The notes: generated by a model not told the origin, from the letters alone. Positions 53,531-64,000 are shown, counted from the first letter of the stretch. The stretch: DNA of 64,000 nucleotides from Candidatus Cloacimonadales bacterium (GCA_963663475.2 CAXXJV010000001.1:512001-576000); one strand, 5' to 3'. A program made the numbers and translations.

Positions 53531-56402
53531 TTATTTCATCATTATCATTTTATGTGTCAAGTGTTTTTTGCTTGTTGTTAGTCGATAAAAATAAACACCT
53601 GATGCAACTTTTCGGTTATTTGTGTTTTTACCATTCCAAACAACATTATGTTCTCCTGCCTTTAGGTTTTCATTTACAAGAATCTTAACTTTTTGACCTT
53701 TTATATTATATACTTCAAGTTTTACATGTTCATCATTTGGTAGAGCAAAAGATATATTTGTAGTTGGATTAAAAGGATTAGGATAGTTTTTGCTTAGAGT
53801 TAATTTCTCAGGTAAAATTGGCACTTCTTCACCTGATTTAATTTTAACTTGCAAGTAACTTCCAAAATTCTCAGTATTAGAAATTATCTTTACAAAATCT
53901 TCACTTTCTCTACTAAAGATAGTATGAGATGCTATTTGCTCTGGACAATTCTTTGCACTTGGGAAATAGAGATGGAACTGGATATCCGCGTATTAATGTA
54001 AGCTGCACATTATCTTCATCTTCATAATTAATTACAGTTCCTTGAAGTGAAAAATCAAGTTCAGTATTTAAAGCATCATACATATTTGATACTGCTTCTA
54101 AGTCAATATGAGAAGAAGTCTCATTTGTATTTAATTTATATATTATGTCAAAAGGAGTGCTAATAATTCTATCCTCTGACATACTACTAATATCATTAAT
54201 ACTGGTGAAACTATATTGGGCATCCAAGCTGGAAAATGTTGGAATCATAGTTGCACGAGTGGCCAGTTCAAATTCAGTAACTTCTCTGTACTCATATGGT
54301 CCACTACTTTTCCATCCTTCATTGTTATTCATACTCTCAGCTGTGATTCTAATACTGGATCCAGAGATACAACTATAGACACCAGAATATAATATCAATC
54401 CTTTGTTATTTTCAAAACTATCCGAATTCGGAAGTTCCAATCCTGTTACACTATTCAAGAGATATTTCGTTGTTGCATCAGAATGAGGTTTCCAGTTATA
54501 ATGAACTTTGAACTGTGAGTACAATCTCAATATTTCATTAGATTGTACAAAATTATGTGATATATTATTGCTTAGACTGATACTGTTAACAACAATGTTA
54601 TTTTGAAAGTACGGATAGCCAGGTCTTGGGTTAACTCTAATTATATTATTAGAGCTATCTCTCAAGTCTGGATTTAGCACACCTGGGTGACTATTATTCC
54701 AGTTATCAACATAATAATCGTACTCAAACTGATTTAGATAGGAGAAAAAATAACTTGCTGCTTTATGTATTTGATATGGCACATTTAGTTGCTCATGATC
54801 AGGATGATTTCTAATCATTTGAGCAAAAGCATCTGTATCTAATAAGTAATTAATTTCATTTATTTGATCTAGCTTATTGTCAAACATTTTATTGACTTTT
54901 CTTCTAATTTGAGGTAATGTCCAACCAAAAATCTTTGGGAATGCATCAATAATATCTCCTTTATAATTAAGGAACCATGATCTCATATTTGATAGGGTTT
55001 TTATTAAGTTATCATCAAAGTATACACCTCTATTTGGAGAATCTATAAGTGTTAATTCCTCACAAAAGTGTTCAATATTATGATGTTCAGCCCATGCTAG
55101 AGCAAACCTAGACAACAAACCACCCTGAGAATATCCAATTAATTTAAGCTTCTTTCCATTTAGTTTATTCTCCTCGATTTCATAAATTTTTGGTAATGAC
55201 TTTGCTACAAACATGGCATTCAGTCTCATATCTATATATGTATTATGAGGAATTAGTATATACACTTTTTTCCCATTTAATTGATTTTCAAATAGTTCAA
55301 GGTTTTGGGCTATTTCAAGCAAATCCCTTTTTTCTTCAAACATTCCAAACCCATCAACATAAACAACCACTTCATCGTATTGTTCTTGGTCTGGAAATAA
55401 TTCGTATATATGCCCAATTATTTCTTCATTATCTTCATATATCCCACCTGGCTGAAGTTCACTTGAAAATGTTGTAATTTCAAAGTGTTCAGTTTCATGA
55501 TAAATAAAGTTAGGGTCATCATTATCCGGAGTATTATCAACCACCATCTGCAAGGTTACAATATCAGAATTAAAATTCTTATATGCAAAATACTCAGTTG
55601 GATTATCTGTATCATTATGAAATGATAATGAAAATTTCAAACCTCTGTAGAGAACAAAATCTTCTGTATTACTAAGTCTTTGCCCATCATATTGTAATAC
55701 ATACTCACGAGGAAAATTATCTATAGGGTTGGTAGAATGCCCCATAACCTCAGAACACAATTCTGCTTGATATGGTGTGCTAATATTATCAATAATATTA
55801 GAAAACGGATATATAGTGCTACTTTTGTGTGAACCTTGATACTTTTCAATAATAACTGAGGCATTATTATTACTATCTTCAATAATATATTGAGTGTGTG
55901 TATTATTATTGTGATTGCAATTAATCATATTGTTAGCTGGGCTTCCTGTAGTATTTTGATCACTTAAGAAGTCATTGATTAAAGACTCTAAGTTAGTCTG
56001 GACCAAAATTGAACTAAAGTAGTTCTGTATATTAATTTCTTCAGGATAGTAATCGTTTAATGTTGGGTCTTCATCCATTACTACATCATAACTAAAATAG
56101 CTTCCCAGGGAATCAATTTCAAAGTCAATGTATCCAATACTTACAGTGTTTAATCTACCGATTTGAGCATGAAAAACAGCTTGATCATTAGATTCTTCTT
56201 TAAATTGATAATCAATATCAAGATATATTTCTCTATCATTTGGATTTATTGGATAAAACATTTGTGAATAATCAGGAACATTAATGGAATTATTGAACTG
56301 AAGTAGATTATATGGTTCTGAGCTTAGTAATTCTTCATTATAAGCAGATGCTAAAATAATTGTGCAAAAAGAAACTAAAAATAATATTATTTTTTTTGAC
56401 AT
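53531..56402 (-). pseudogene. Secreted alpha/beta-hydrolase (GxSxG) with CTD, split into 829-aa and 107-aa ORFs by a frameshift near 53913-53990
   Basis: Signal peptide, VYVDGF, IGYSQGGLLSRFAL, DSPNRG. The CTD frame (NYPNPFNP...HKMIMMK) stays open upstream to about 53990 and overlaps the end of the long ORF. Confidence 0.72.
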
Positions 56403-56575
56403 ATTTTCTCCATAGTAAGTTACTTTAGATTAGGTTGATTTTTTATTAACATGAACTTCTAAATTCATCGATTACAAAATTTATTTTTTTTCGAGTAGAC
56501 TAGGATTTTTAAGCATGATACCATCAGATACACTTAAATCTTCTAAATAACTTATAGAGTAGTTTATTAAATATA

Positions 56576-56782
56576 TTAAGCATTATTAATCTCAATAATA
56601 TAGGTTTTATCGCCTACCTTAACATTTATTACATTGCTTTCAGTATCCTCATAAATGATAGTGTAATCCTGATTTTTTAAATCACTCCAAGTTATTGTAG
56701 GGAATTTCTGATAATTTCCTTGACTACAAAATAGATTCCAACTAAATATAACAATAAACATAATTAAATTGAACTTTTTCAT
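56576..56782 (-). CDS. Small secreted protein (68 aa)
   Basis: MKK plus hydrophobic signal peptide, RBS GGGGG; first gene of the minus-strand run, divergent from the ECF sigma. Confidence 0.65.
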   Translation of the reverse strand: MKKFNLIMFIVIFSWNLFCSQGNYQKFPTITWSDLKNQDYTIIYEDTESNVINVKVGDKTYIIEINNA

Positions 56783-56877
56783 AAGTCCCCCTAAAAATAT
56801 AGACGTTTTTAAGGACTGAAAATTTCCTAGTTTACCTTATTTTATTGGAATACATTGATTTATGGAGGTCTAGCGAT

Positions 56878-57834
56878 TTGTTAAATTATGATAAGTTGAG
56901 AGAATTAGCTAAAAGAGTTGCTCTTAAAAAAATTAGTGATTTAGATGAAGCAGAGAACATTGCTCAAGATGTGATGGTTAAGCTTTTAGATAATCTTGAT
57001 TCAGTTGACCATTCTAAGGTTGAGAACTGGCTGAAAAGAGTTACCTACAATCTTTGTATGGACTACTACAGGAAAAAGAAGAAGTCCATAGAGATAACGC
57101 AAAATAAAACTATTTTAGAGAACAACTCTATTCCTGAGAATATAAAGCTTGATTTTGATCTAGATTTTGATTCTTATCTTTTTTTGATGAATCGTGATAA
57201 GGAAAAAAAGATACTTAAAAAATTTCATTTGGATGGTATTCCTATACAAAAGATAGCCCAAATCTTTAAGCTTAAGCAATCGAAAGTTAAGAGTATTATT
57301 TATAGATTAACAAATGAAATTAAACTATTCCACTTGATTGACAATGAAACCCTTTTTTTTGAATTAGTACCCTCCACCAGATTAACCAAAAGAATTAATA
57401 ATTTTATCCTTAGGCTAAAATATGCTCTTGAAGCTAATGATCTAAACTGTATGAGGCGTTACTTAAAAAATGCTAAAATAAATGATATAAGTAAAATAAC
57501 CCACCTCCAACTGCAATCATGTCAAATTATGCTATTAGATAAGAGTATTAACAAATATGGATTAGTAATAGCTTTTTTTGATAATAAAAATGAGTTTAGA
57601 TTTTTTCAGTTAACATTTAAAATAACCAAAGCAAATAATATTGAAGTTATAGAATTCCCTATTTGGCCAGGAGAAGTAGTGGTTTTAGATACAATAAAGG
57701 TTAAATCTAGTACTGATCTTAATGAGTTCCGCGATAGGAATGGTGCTTACAATGAGAAACTTGGGACTATTGATACTCTTAAGAGAAAAGGATTAGCTAC
57801 AAAAATACAATATAGAGATACTTTTGAAGATTAG
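56878..57834 (+). CDS. ECF-type sigma70 factor with long C-terminal extension
   Basis: AENIAQDVMVKL, WLKRVTYNLCMDYYRK, region-4 HTH IQKIAQIFKL..VKSIIYR. Likely TTG start at 56878 after GGAGG. Confidence 0.82.
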   Translation: MLNYDKLRELAKRVALKKISDLDEAENIAQDVMVKLLDNLDSVDHSKVENWLKRVTYNLCMDYYRKKKKSIEITQNKTILENNSIPENIKLDFDLDFDSYLFLMNRDKEKKILKKFHLDGIPIQKIAQIFKLKQSKVKSIIYRLTNEIKLFHLIDNETLFFELVPSTRLTKRINNFILRLKYALEANDLNCMRRYLKNAKINDISKITHLQLQSCQIMLLDKSINKYGLVIAFFDNKNEFRFFQLTFKITKANNIEVIEFPIWPGEVVVLDTIKVKSSTDLNEFRDRNGAYNEKLGTIDTLKRKGLATKIQYRDTFED

Positions 57835-58024
57835 GCGTCATGCTAATATATTTAATTACATTAAATACTTCAGGCTTTAGACAAACCTTTTAATATCGAA
57901 AATTACCCTATAATCCTTTAGATTGAGTATGAGCCAAACTGCTAGTTCAAAATCCAAGAGTTTTTCGTTAGTACCCTCGCTCTCATAAAGCTGGACTTAT
58001 GGAAATCGTAAACTGATACTATTA

Positions 58025-58090
58025 AGCCAAAATGTTGCAATAGCTTTAGAGAAGAGTGCTATTCTCAAAGAACTATTGCATTATTTGGGT
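58025..58090 (+). repeat. MITE-B internally deleted copy
   Basis: agccaaaatgttgcaatagctttagagaagagtgc fused to tattctcaaagaactattgcattatttgggt. Confidence 0.72.
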
Positions 58091-58231
58091 TAAAACCTGT
58101 AATTATTCTTTCACCTTTCCAAGCTTTAGCAGAGTTGGAAGAATGAGACAGAGATCAGATAGAATCTCCACAGTCTGTCTAAAGAAGCACTTTAGCACTT
58201 CTGTTGGAATCCCAGTACCTAGAATAATTAA

Positions 58232-58251
58232 AGCCCTGCATCCGCAGGGCT
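58232..58251 (-). terminator. Terminator hairpin after iscU
   Basis: agccctgc-atcc-gcagggct. Confidence 0.7.
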
Positions 58252-58272
58252 ATTTTATTGTTTATTAATGCA

Positions 58273-58893
58273 TTACATATTTATCTGTAAGTCTTTAATT
58301 TGATCATATTTTTCTAAGTGTTCACGAATTTCTTCAGCAACGTTATCTCTATATTTATCAAAAGATGGTATTTCTACGTCAATGATAGCGACACCATCAT
58401 CAAAGCCTACATATTTAACCATTTTTAGGGTAACGATATCCTCTCCGACTTGCGGGTAAATTACATGTTTAAGTTCATCTATAATTGTTTCCTTAGAGAA
58501 GTCTTCAACTTTTCTTAAACCATGAGCTATCTGGTAATTCTTGATAGCTTGATGAAGGGTATCAGCTGCTAAAACTGAACAGTGAGCTTTTGTAGGAGGT
58601 AAGCCATCTAATTCTTCCATAGCTTCACGCCAGGTTATTTCTAATGCTTGGTCAATAGTTTTCCCCATTGCCATATCTGTTATCATGGAACCAGTAGCGA
58701 TATTGGAAGCACAACCATAAGATTTGAATTTGATATCTTCAATTATCTGTGTTTCGTCATTAATCTTTAAGTAAACTGTTACTTGGTCTCCACAAGCAGG
58801 GGAACCTTCAGTTGCAACAGCGTCTGCATCTTTAATCTCACCCACATTGTGAGGCTTCATAAAATGGTCTAATACTTTTTGTGAATATTGCAT
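58273..58893 (-). CDS. iscU: IscU/NifU-type FeS scaffold fused to a DUF59/MIP18-like domain
   Basis: YSQKVLDHF..PHNVG, PACGD, GCASNIA, KAHCS; extra C-terminal domain of about 75 aa. Confidence 0.88.
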   Translation of the reverse strand: MQYSQKVLDHFMKPHNVGEIKDADAVATEGSPACGDQVTVYLKINDETQIIEDIKFKSYGCASNIATGSMITDMAMGKTIDQALEITWREAMEELDGLPPTKAHCSVLAADTLHQAIKNYQIAHGLRKVEDFSKETIIDELKHVIYPQVGEDIVTLKMVKYVGFDDGVAIIDVEIPSFDKYRDNVAEEIREHLEKYDQIKDLQINM

Positions 58894-58911
58894 ATTTTCC
58901 TCTATATTTTT

Positions 58912-60093
58912 CTATTTATTTTCTTGATATAATGGACTTCTCTTTCTAAGTTCAATAACAATATCTTTTAGTTTATCAACAGTGATATCTAATTCTTCTT
59001 TAGTAGTATATTTACTTAGGGTGAATTTCATAGAGCCATGTGATTGCATATGATTTTTTCCCATTGCCATAAGAACATAACTTGGCTTAAGACCTTGAGA
59101 AGCACATGCAGAGCCAGTGGCTGCTGTAATTCCTTGTAAATCAAGCATCATTCCCATTGCTTCACCTTCTATATAGTCTATGGAAACATTGATATTATGG
59201 CAAGTTCTTCCCTGACCAGGTGCTCCATTAAGCTCAACATCAGGTATTTCCTCCATGAGTCTGTTAAGTAAATAATCGGATAGTTCTCTTAGTTTACTAG
59301 TTAAAGCGGGTAAATCAGCAAAAGTAATTTCAGCTGCTTTAGCAAAACCTGCAATTGCTCCTATATTGATTCCACCAGTTTCTAGGTTATCTACTCTATT
59401 GACACCATGAACTACTTGAGCAAGAGGAGTTTTACTTCTTTTATATAAGAAACCTACCCCTTGTGGACCATGTATTTTATGGGCAGAAACAGACATAGTA
59501 TCTATTGCTAGAGATTGCATATCCATAGGGAACTTACCATAAGCTTGACCAGCATCAACATGCATGAAAATTTTATGGTCTGCCTCTTTAAGAACTTGAG
59601 AATAGTCTGCAAGAGGTTGAATAGTACCAACTACATGATTTGCCCAAGTTGTAGAAAAGAGGATTGTATCTGGTCTTATAGCATCTTTTAATTTATCAGC
59701 AGAGACAAAACCATTTTCGTCAGGCTTTAAGTAAGTAACTTCAAAACCACTCTTTTCAAAGAAGGCATAATTAGTCAGAATGTCAGGATAATCAACAACA
59801 GAACATATTATATGAGTACCTTTTTGTGAGTTGGCCATAAGTAGGCCTTTGATAGCAATATTATTTGCAGACGTTCCTCCACGCGTGAAATGGATTTCAT
59901 CAGCCTTAGCTTGTATAGTATCAGCAAAAACTGCTTTGAAATTATCAAGTTTAGCATTAATCTCTTCACCAGCTGTAAAGAAATTAGCTGGGTACCAATA
60001 TTCATTCTCCCAATACTCTTTCATCACATCAAAGATTTGTGGATCAGGTTTTGTTGTTACACAGTTATCTAAGTAGATTCTCTTGTTTTCCAT
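58912..60093 (-). CDS. iscS: Group I cysteine desulfurase (IscS/NifS)
   Basis: IYLDN, FTRGGT, HVDAGQ, SAHKIHGPQGVG, TGSACAS. Confidence 0.88.
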   Translation of the reverse strand: MENKRIYLDNCVTTKPDPQIFDVMKEYWENEYWYPANFFTAGEEINAKLDNFKAVFADTIQAKADEIHFTRGGTSANNIAIKGLLMANSQKGTHIICSVVDYPDILTNYAFFEKSGFEVTYLKPDENGFVSADKLKDAIRPDTILFSTTWANHVVGTIQPLADYSQVLKEADHKIFMHVDAGQAYGKFPMDMQSLAIDTMSVSAHKIHGPQGVGFLYKRSKTPLAQVVHGVNRVDNLETGGINIGAIAGFAKAAEITFADLPALTSKLRELSDYLLNRLMEEIPDVELNGAPGQGRTCHNINVSIDYIEGEAMGMMLDLQGITAATGSACASQGLKPSYVLMAMGKNHMQSHGSMKFTLSKYTTKEELDITVDKLKDIVIELRKRSPLYQENK

Positions 60094-60095
60094 CC

Positions 60096-60512
60096 TCACT
60101 CCTTATCTATTCTTTTTTTTATATTTTCTAAGCTTATGGTGTTGAGATAGTCTTTGATATTACCATAAATCTCATGCCATAGATGTTTATATTGGCAGTT
60201 CTCTACTTGGCAATATTCTAGCTCAACTGAATTTCGTTCACAACTAACTTCATAAGGATGGTTTTCTACTATTTCCATGATATAACCTAAGGTGATTTCA
60301 TGGGCAGGAATCTTTAGGTAATAGCCACCTTTGGAACCAGAAACACTAGCTATAACAGACTTTTTTTTCAGCTTTCTAAAGAGTTGTTCTACATACTTCT
60401 TAGGCAGATTTTGCATTGTACAAATATCATTAATAGACCTTAGTGAATCTTTTGTCTCACTTAAGGTTACTAAAGCTCTTACCGAGTATTCTGTTTTAGT
60501 AGTTAACTGCAT
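60096..60512 (-). CDS. iscR: Rrf2-family regulator with three C-terminal Cys (IscR-like)
   Basis: MQLTTKTEYSVRAL, YVEQLFRKLKK, GSKGGY, C-x9-C-x4-C and HLW. Confidence 0.8.
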   Translation of the reverse strand: MQLTTKTEYSVRALVTLSETKDSLRSINDICTMQNLPKKYVEQLFRKLKKKSVIASVSGSKGGYYLKIPAHEITLGYIMEIVENHPYEVSCERNSVELEYCQVENCQYKHLWHEIYGNIKDYLNTISLENIKKRIDKE

Positions 60513-60695
60513 TTATTCATCCTTTTATTTAGTATTATATACTAATTTAGTAGGAATTACTTTTTTGGCAAGTTTTTTTCGATATTTTTTTCTTATCTCA
60601 GTGTTTTAACAAAGCCAACTTCTCTGAGTTTTTGGTCTCTTTTTACAAATAGAGATGGCTAATAGATTTATTCAAACTCTAGCAAGATAGTATTT

Positions 60696-60859
60696 ACCCC
60701 AGATAGTGTAGTAGAGCTTTAGTGAAGAGTGCAGATTATTCTAGCAAAATAGCTTACAGAATTTTGACGCATATATTTTATATATTCGGAGAAATTATGG
60801 AAGCTACTTTTGCAGAAGAATATAGTGCTATTCACAAAGGTCTACTGCATTATTTGGGT
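60696..60859 (+). mobile_element. MITE-B full-length copy
   Basis: accccagatagtgtagtagagc ... tctactgcattatttgggt; internal sequence homologous to 34184-34349. Confidence 0.78.
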
Positions 60860-60910
60860 TTAACCCAAGTAGTGGAGTAGGATTTATTCAGGCTTGTACA
60901 TAAAAAAAAA

Positions 60911-61006
60911 TGCCAGGCTACCGGTTGCACACTCTAAGCACCCCTTAATGCTGCTTCATTCCTGACCTGACATGGTTCGAGGGTTAAAGTTGCACCGGAC
61001 CTGACA
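60911..61006 (-). ncRNA. ffs: Signal recognition particle RNA (small bacterial 4.5S type)
   Basis: Minus strand UCAGG-UCA-GGAA-UGA-AGCAGC helix-8 motif inside a long hairpin (tgtcagg...cctggca), followed by a T9 tract. Confidence 0.92.
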
Positions 61007-61037
61007 AAAACCACTTTTCAAGATTAGCTCACTGATG

Positions 61038-64000
61038 TCAAGAAAAAGATAAATCTATTGTCAGAAAGATACCTGTAACATGATAATTATTCTCTTTAAC
61101 GAAAGGTAAATCTTTGATGATATCAATATAGTGCTGAACTTGTTCTTTATCATCAATGCCCCCAGTTTTATAGTCGATTATCATAATTTCTTTATTTTTT
61201 GAATCTACCATCATTCGGTCGATACGGTATTCTTGACTATTATGGAAAACAGTTTTTTCGGTAAAGACTTTATCCCATTTTGCAGAAAATATATTAGCAT
61301 TTTGTTCTACAAAATCATAAGAGGAAGTTATTATCATTTCCAGTTTGTCTTGGGCTAGCAGGCTACCATACCGGCGATAAACCATATTACGGGCTGTTTT
61401 AATTTGACTTTGCCATTGGTCATTATCTCTAGCATTTTTTCCATATTTAATATAGGTAAGAAATTCATGAGCCACATTGCCATATAACTGATGTCTATCT
61501 TCAAGGTAGACTTTTTTCAGGTTATCAATAGGTCTATTCTCTTGCAAATTAGCCTGTGAATAATCAGTCAGGTAATCTTTAAGATAATTTCTGTTTTGAG
61601 CTTTATTTTGAGTTACTTCTTCTTTCCTATTTTCATCAACACCAGCTTTATTATAGAAGTAGTAGGTTAGATTATCACTTGATAAGTTTTCCCCATTATT
61701 TTCAATAAAGAAGTTTTTAAAGGCTTTTACTAATAGTCCGATTACACCTGCTTGGTCATTTAGAGAAGCAATATAATCGGTAAAATCTTTTTTGCTTTTA
61801 TAGGCAAAGAAGAGGCCTAATTTATGTTCAGCTCTGGTAAGAGCTACATAAAAAACATCTATAGCTTCAATAATATTTCTTTCTTGATAATCTTGCATTA
61901 ATTCTTGGGAATTAGATTTGCTGAGTACTTTTTCATCAATGGACGAGGAATAGATAATGAAGTCTGTTAAATCTAGGTAATTTGACCTATCAAAGGAATA
62001 GGTTATTTTAAATTCATTTCCTCTGTTGGGGGCAGATAAGTTAGATAAACGCCAATAGAGAAAGACATTTTTATAGCCCAGACCTTTGGATTTATGAACT
62101 GTGAGAATAGCTATACTATCTTCTAGTTGTAGGCCTTGTTGGAGAATATCACTATCATTTTTGCTTTGTTTTTGGCAGTATTCAACAAAAGCGAAAAGAT
62201 CAAATACAGATGTATTGAGTTTTGCTAATTCAAAGCTAACAACTAGATCAAGAAAGTTATATAGATTTTTCCAATCAATCTCATTTAAGCAGATTCTTGA
62301 AAAATCATAATTAGCTATAAAGTCTCTTATAAATTCTGCTTGAGAATCATATTCTTTATTAGTAATGGTGAGTAATTTCCTTACTTCTGGAATATCCATT
62401 AGTTGGTCAAATTCTTCTGCTTTATTAATATCATAAGCCTGTTTATGGAATAAGATGAGAATATCCTTCAATTTCTTTGAGCCTAGCATAATTAAATCAG
62501 ACCTAAGAACCTGTAAGAGTGAGAATCTATCTCTGAGTAGTCTTAGCTTGAGAACAGCTAGGAGAAGTTCAACAGCCTTATGTTCTATAAGTTTTCCTGA
62601 TGATTCAATATTATTAGGGATATTTAGCTTATTAAGTTCATTTGCAATTTGATCAGCGTGTTTATGGGTCCTGACAAGAATAGCAGTTTCGCCCCAACTT
62701 ATCCTAGCTTGTTGATGTAAGCTTTTGATTTGCTTAGCAAATTCAGCATAAGAATTAGGGCTCTCATCCTCATCCTTGTTATCTACTTCTGCATTATCTT
62801 CATCATCTACTTTATTATCTAGCAAATCACTATTATATTCCCAGTAGTAAAGCTGTCCTCCTTCTTCTTTAGCTTCATTATAGCAATTATTGGCAGAATC
62901 CCAGTTTTTAGCAGTAACTGGGTGATAAATCCATTCATTATTCCTTTTACCACAATCTTCTTGAAAGTCACTATCAGTAAATATTCTATTGACCATGTCA
63001 ATAACTGGCCTTGAAGAACGGTAGCACTGATTTAAGTCTTCTGCTTCTACATCAAGATTTTTCGGCATAATCTCCATAATACCTCTTTCTCCCCCTCTCC
63101 AGCCATAGATTGACTGTTTAGGGTCACCAACGATAATTACTCCTGAATAGTCTTTTATGGAATAGCCACTCTTAAGTTCATTAATAATAGGCATAAGGAT
63201 AGAAAATTGGTTAAATGAAGTATCTTGAAACTCATCAATTAGCAAGAAACGTATTCTAGAGACTAATTGTTCATAAAAGAGATTAGTCACAATCCCTCTA
63301 TCTCTATCGATGAGTGATAGAGACTTTTCATAGAGGTATTTATAGCTATAGAAAGTAATATCATTATAGGTAAATTTACCTAAAGAGAACTTGAGTTTAT
63401 CGTAATGTTGGCATAAGCTTTTCCAGCCTATGAGAACTTCTTGTTGTTTAGGGAGAATTTCTGCCACAATATAATAATCAGCTAAAGCTGAGATAGTCTT
63501 GATAAAGCCTTCTTCTAGTTGCAGACTTATATCTTTATAGACCTTTTTTCCTGTTTTGGAAAAGGGAAGTGGTTTTGTAAAGAAGGTATTAATATTCTTA
63601 ATTATCTCATGTGGTTGTTCAAAAAGAGAATCAAAAACACTTTTAACATCAATTTGCCTATCTAAATCAATATGAATCATCTTCTTATAGTCACTTAAAA
63701 TATGCTTATGCCAAGCTTTTTCTTGAGGTTCATAAACTAGAGTATTGTAGGTTGAAACTAGATCAAGATAGGCATTTTTAAAAGTACTCCAGGTATTATC
63801 TTTAATTTCTTCAATCATTTCAGCAGCTAATTGAGAAGCCTGGGTAAAGTAACCAGTCATACTTCCATTTTCATAATAATCTAAGATCCACCGGTTATTA
63901 AGTAAGGATTTAATAAAGCCTTGGACACCTTCAACAGTTCTAGTATTAATCCTTTTGAGTAGGGGTTGGAAGATAGGGAAAACATTTTCAGAAAAAATAA
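61038..64000 (-). CDS. AddA/RecB-like UvrD helicase-nuclease, 5'-truncated by the window
   Basis: LIDEFQDTS, VGDPKQSIYGWRG, YRSS, TVHKSKGL, FYVALTRA, C-terminal RIDR...IIDYKTG nuclease; frame is open to base 64000. Confidence 0.9.
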   Translation of the reverse strand, partial: IFSENVFPIFQPLLKRINTRTVEGVQGFIKSLLNNRWILDYYENGSMTGYFTQASQLAAEMIEEIKDNTWSTFKNAYLDLVSTYNTLVYEPQEKAWHKHILSDYKKMIHIDLDRQIDVKSVFDSLFEQPHEIIKNINTFFTKPLPFSKTGKKVYKDISLQLEEGFIKTISALADYYIVAEILPKQQEVLIGWKSLCQHYDKLKFSLGKFTYNDITFYSYKYLYEKSLSLIDRDRGIVTNLFYEQLVSRIRFLLIDEFQDTSFNQFSILMPIINELKSGYSIKDYSGVIIVGDPKQSIYGWRGGERGIMEIMPKNLDVEAEDLNQCYRSSRPVIDMVNRIFTDSDFQEDCGKRNNEWIYHPVTAKNWDSANNCYNEAKEEGGQLYYWEYNSDLLDNKVDDEDNAEVDNKDEDESPNSYAEFAKQIKSLHQQARISWGETAILVRTHKHADQIANELNKLNIPNNIESSGKLIEHKAVELLLAVLKLRLLRDRFSLLQVLRSDLIMLGSKKLKDILILFHKQAYDINKAEEFDQLMDIPEVRKLLTITNKEYDSQAEFIRDFIANYDFSRICLNEIDWKNLYNFLDLVVSFELAKLNTSVFDLFAFVEYCQKQSKNDSDILQQGLQLEDSIAILTVHKSKGLGYKNVFLYWRLSNLSAPNRGNEFKITYSFDRSNYLDLTDFIIYSSSIDEKVLSKSNSQELMQDYQERNIIEAIDVFYVALTRAEHKLGLFFAYKSKKDFTDYIASLNDQAGVIGLLVKAFKNFFIENNGENLSSDNLTYYFYNKAGVDENRKEEVTQNKAQNRNYLKDYLTDYSQANLQENRPIDNLKKVYLEDRHQLYGNVAHEFLTYIKYGKNARDNDQWQSQIKTARNMVYRRYGSLLAQDKLEMIITSSYDFVEQNANIFSAKWDKVFTEKTVFHNSQEYRIDRMMVDSKNKEIMIIDYKTGGIDDKEQVQHYIDIIKDLPFVKENNYHVTGIFLTIDLSFS

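Noticed and set aside
58110-58220. tRNA or other structured RNA
   Set aside because: Only short imperfect hairpins; no cloverleaf, T-loop or CCA pattern

Overview
AT-rich chromosomal window from an anaerobic bacterium. Gene content (FlgD/T9SS-type C-terminal-domain proteins, lysine 5,6-aminomutase, [FeFe]-hydrogenase maturases) suggests Ca. Cloacimonadota (FCB group); this assignment is inference. Contents in order: end of an aspA-hydE-hydF cluster; a phosphate locus (porin, pstSCAB, phoU, phoB/phoR, small sigma factor) with a Pho-box-like promoter; a degenerate UvrC-like ORF; a 14-kb minus-strand type IV pilus locus (pilA, pilT, minor pilins, pilMNO, a pilP-position gene, secretin, Ig-repeat lipoprotein, pilB, frameshifted pilC) behind a sigma54-type promoter; a PPIase-TPR lipoprotein; a stand-alone EF-G paralogue with divergent domain IV; fba-gap; fetAB-like ABC genes; a SNF2 helicase; kamDE; a cluster of secreted CTD proteins; an ECF sigma; iscR-iscS-iscU; SRP RNA; and a truncated AddA/UvrD helicase-nuclease. 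The most unusual parts are: (i) the 48.5-57.8 kb module (ECF sigma, small secreted peptide, split GxSxG hydrolase-CTD, and two tandem 2,500-bp copies of a secreted protein gene with identical ends and diversified middles); (ii) several interleaved families of non-autonomous intergenic repeats, including a 477-bp MITE with TIRs and an 8-bp target duplication; (iii) an aromatic-rich major pilin. No CRISPR array, tRNA, rRNA, reverse transcriptase or transposase was recognised.
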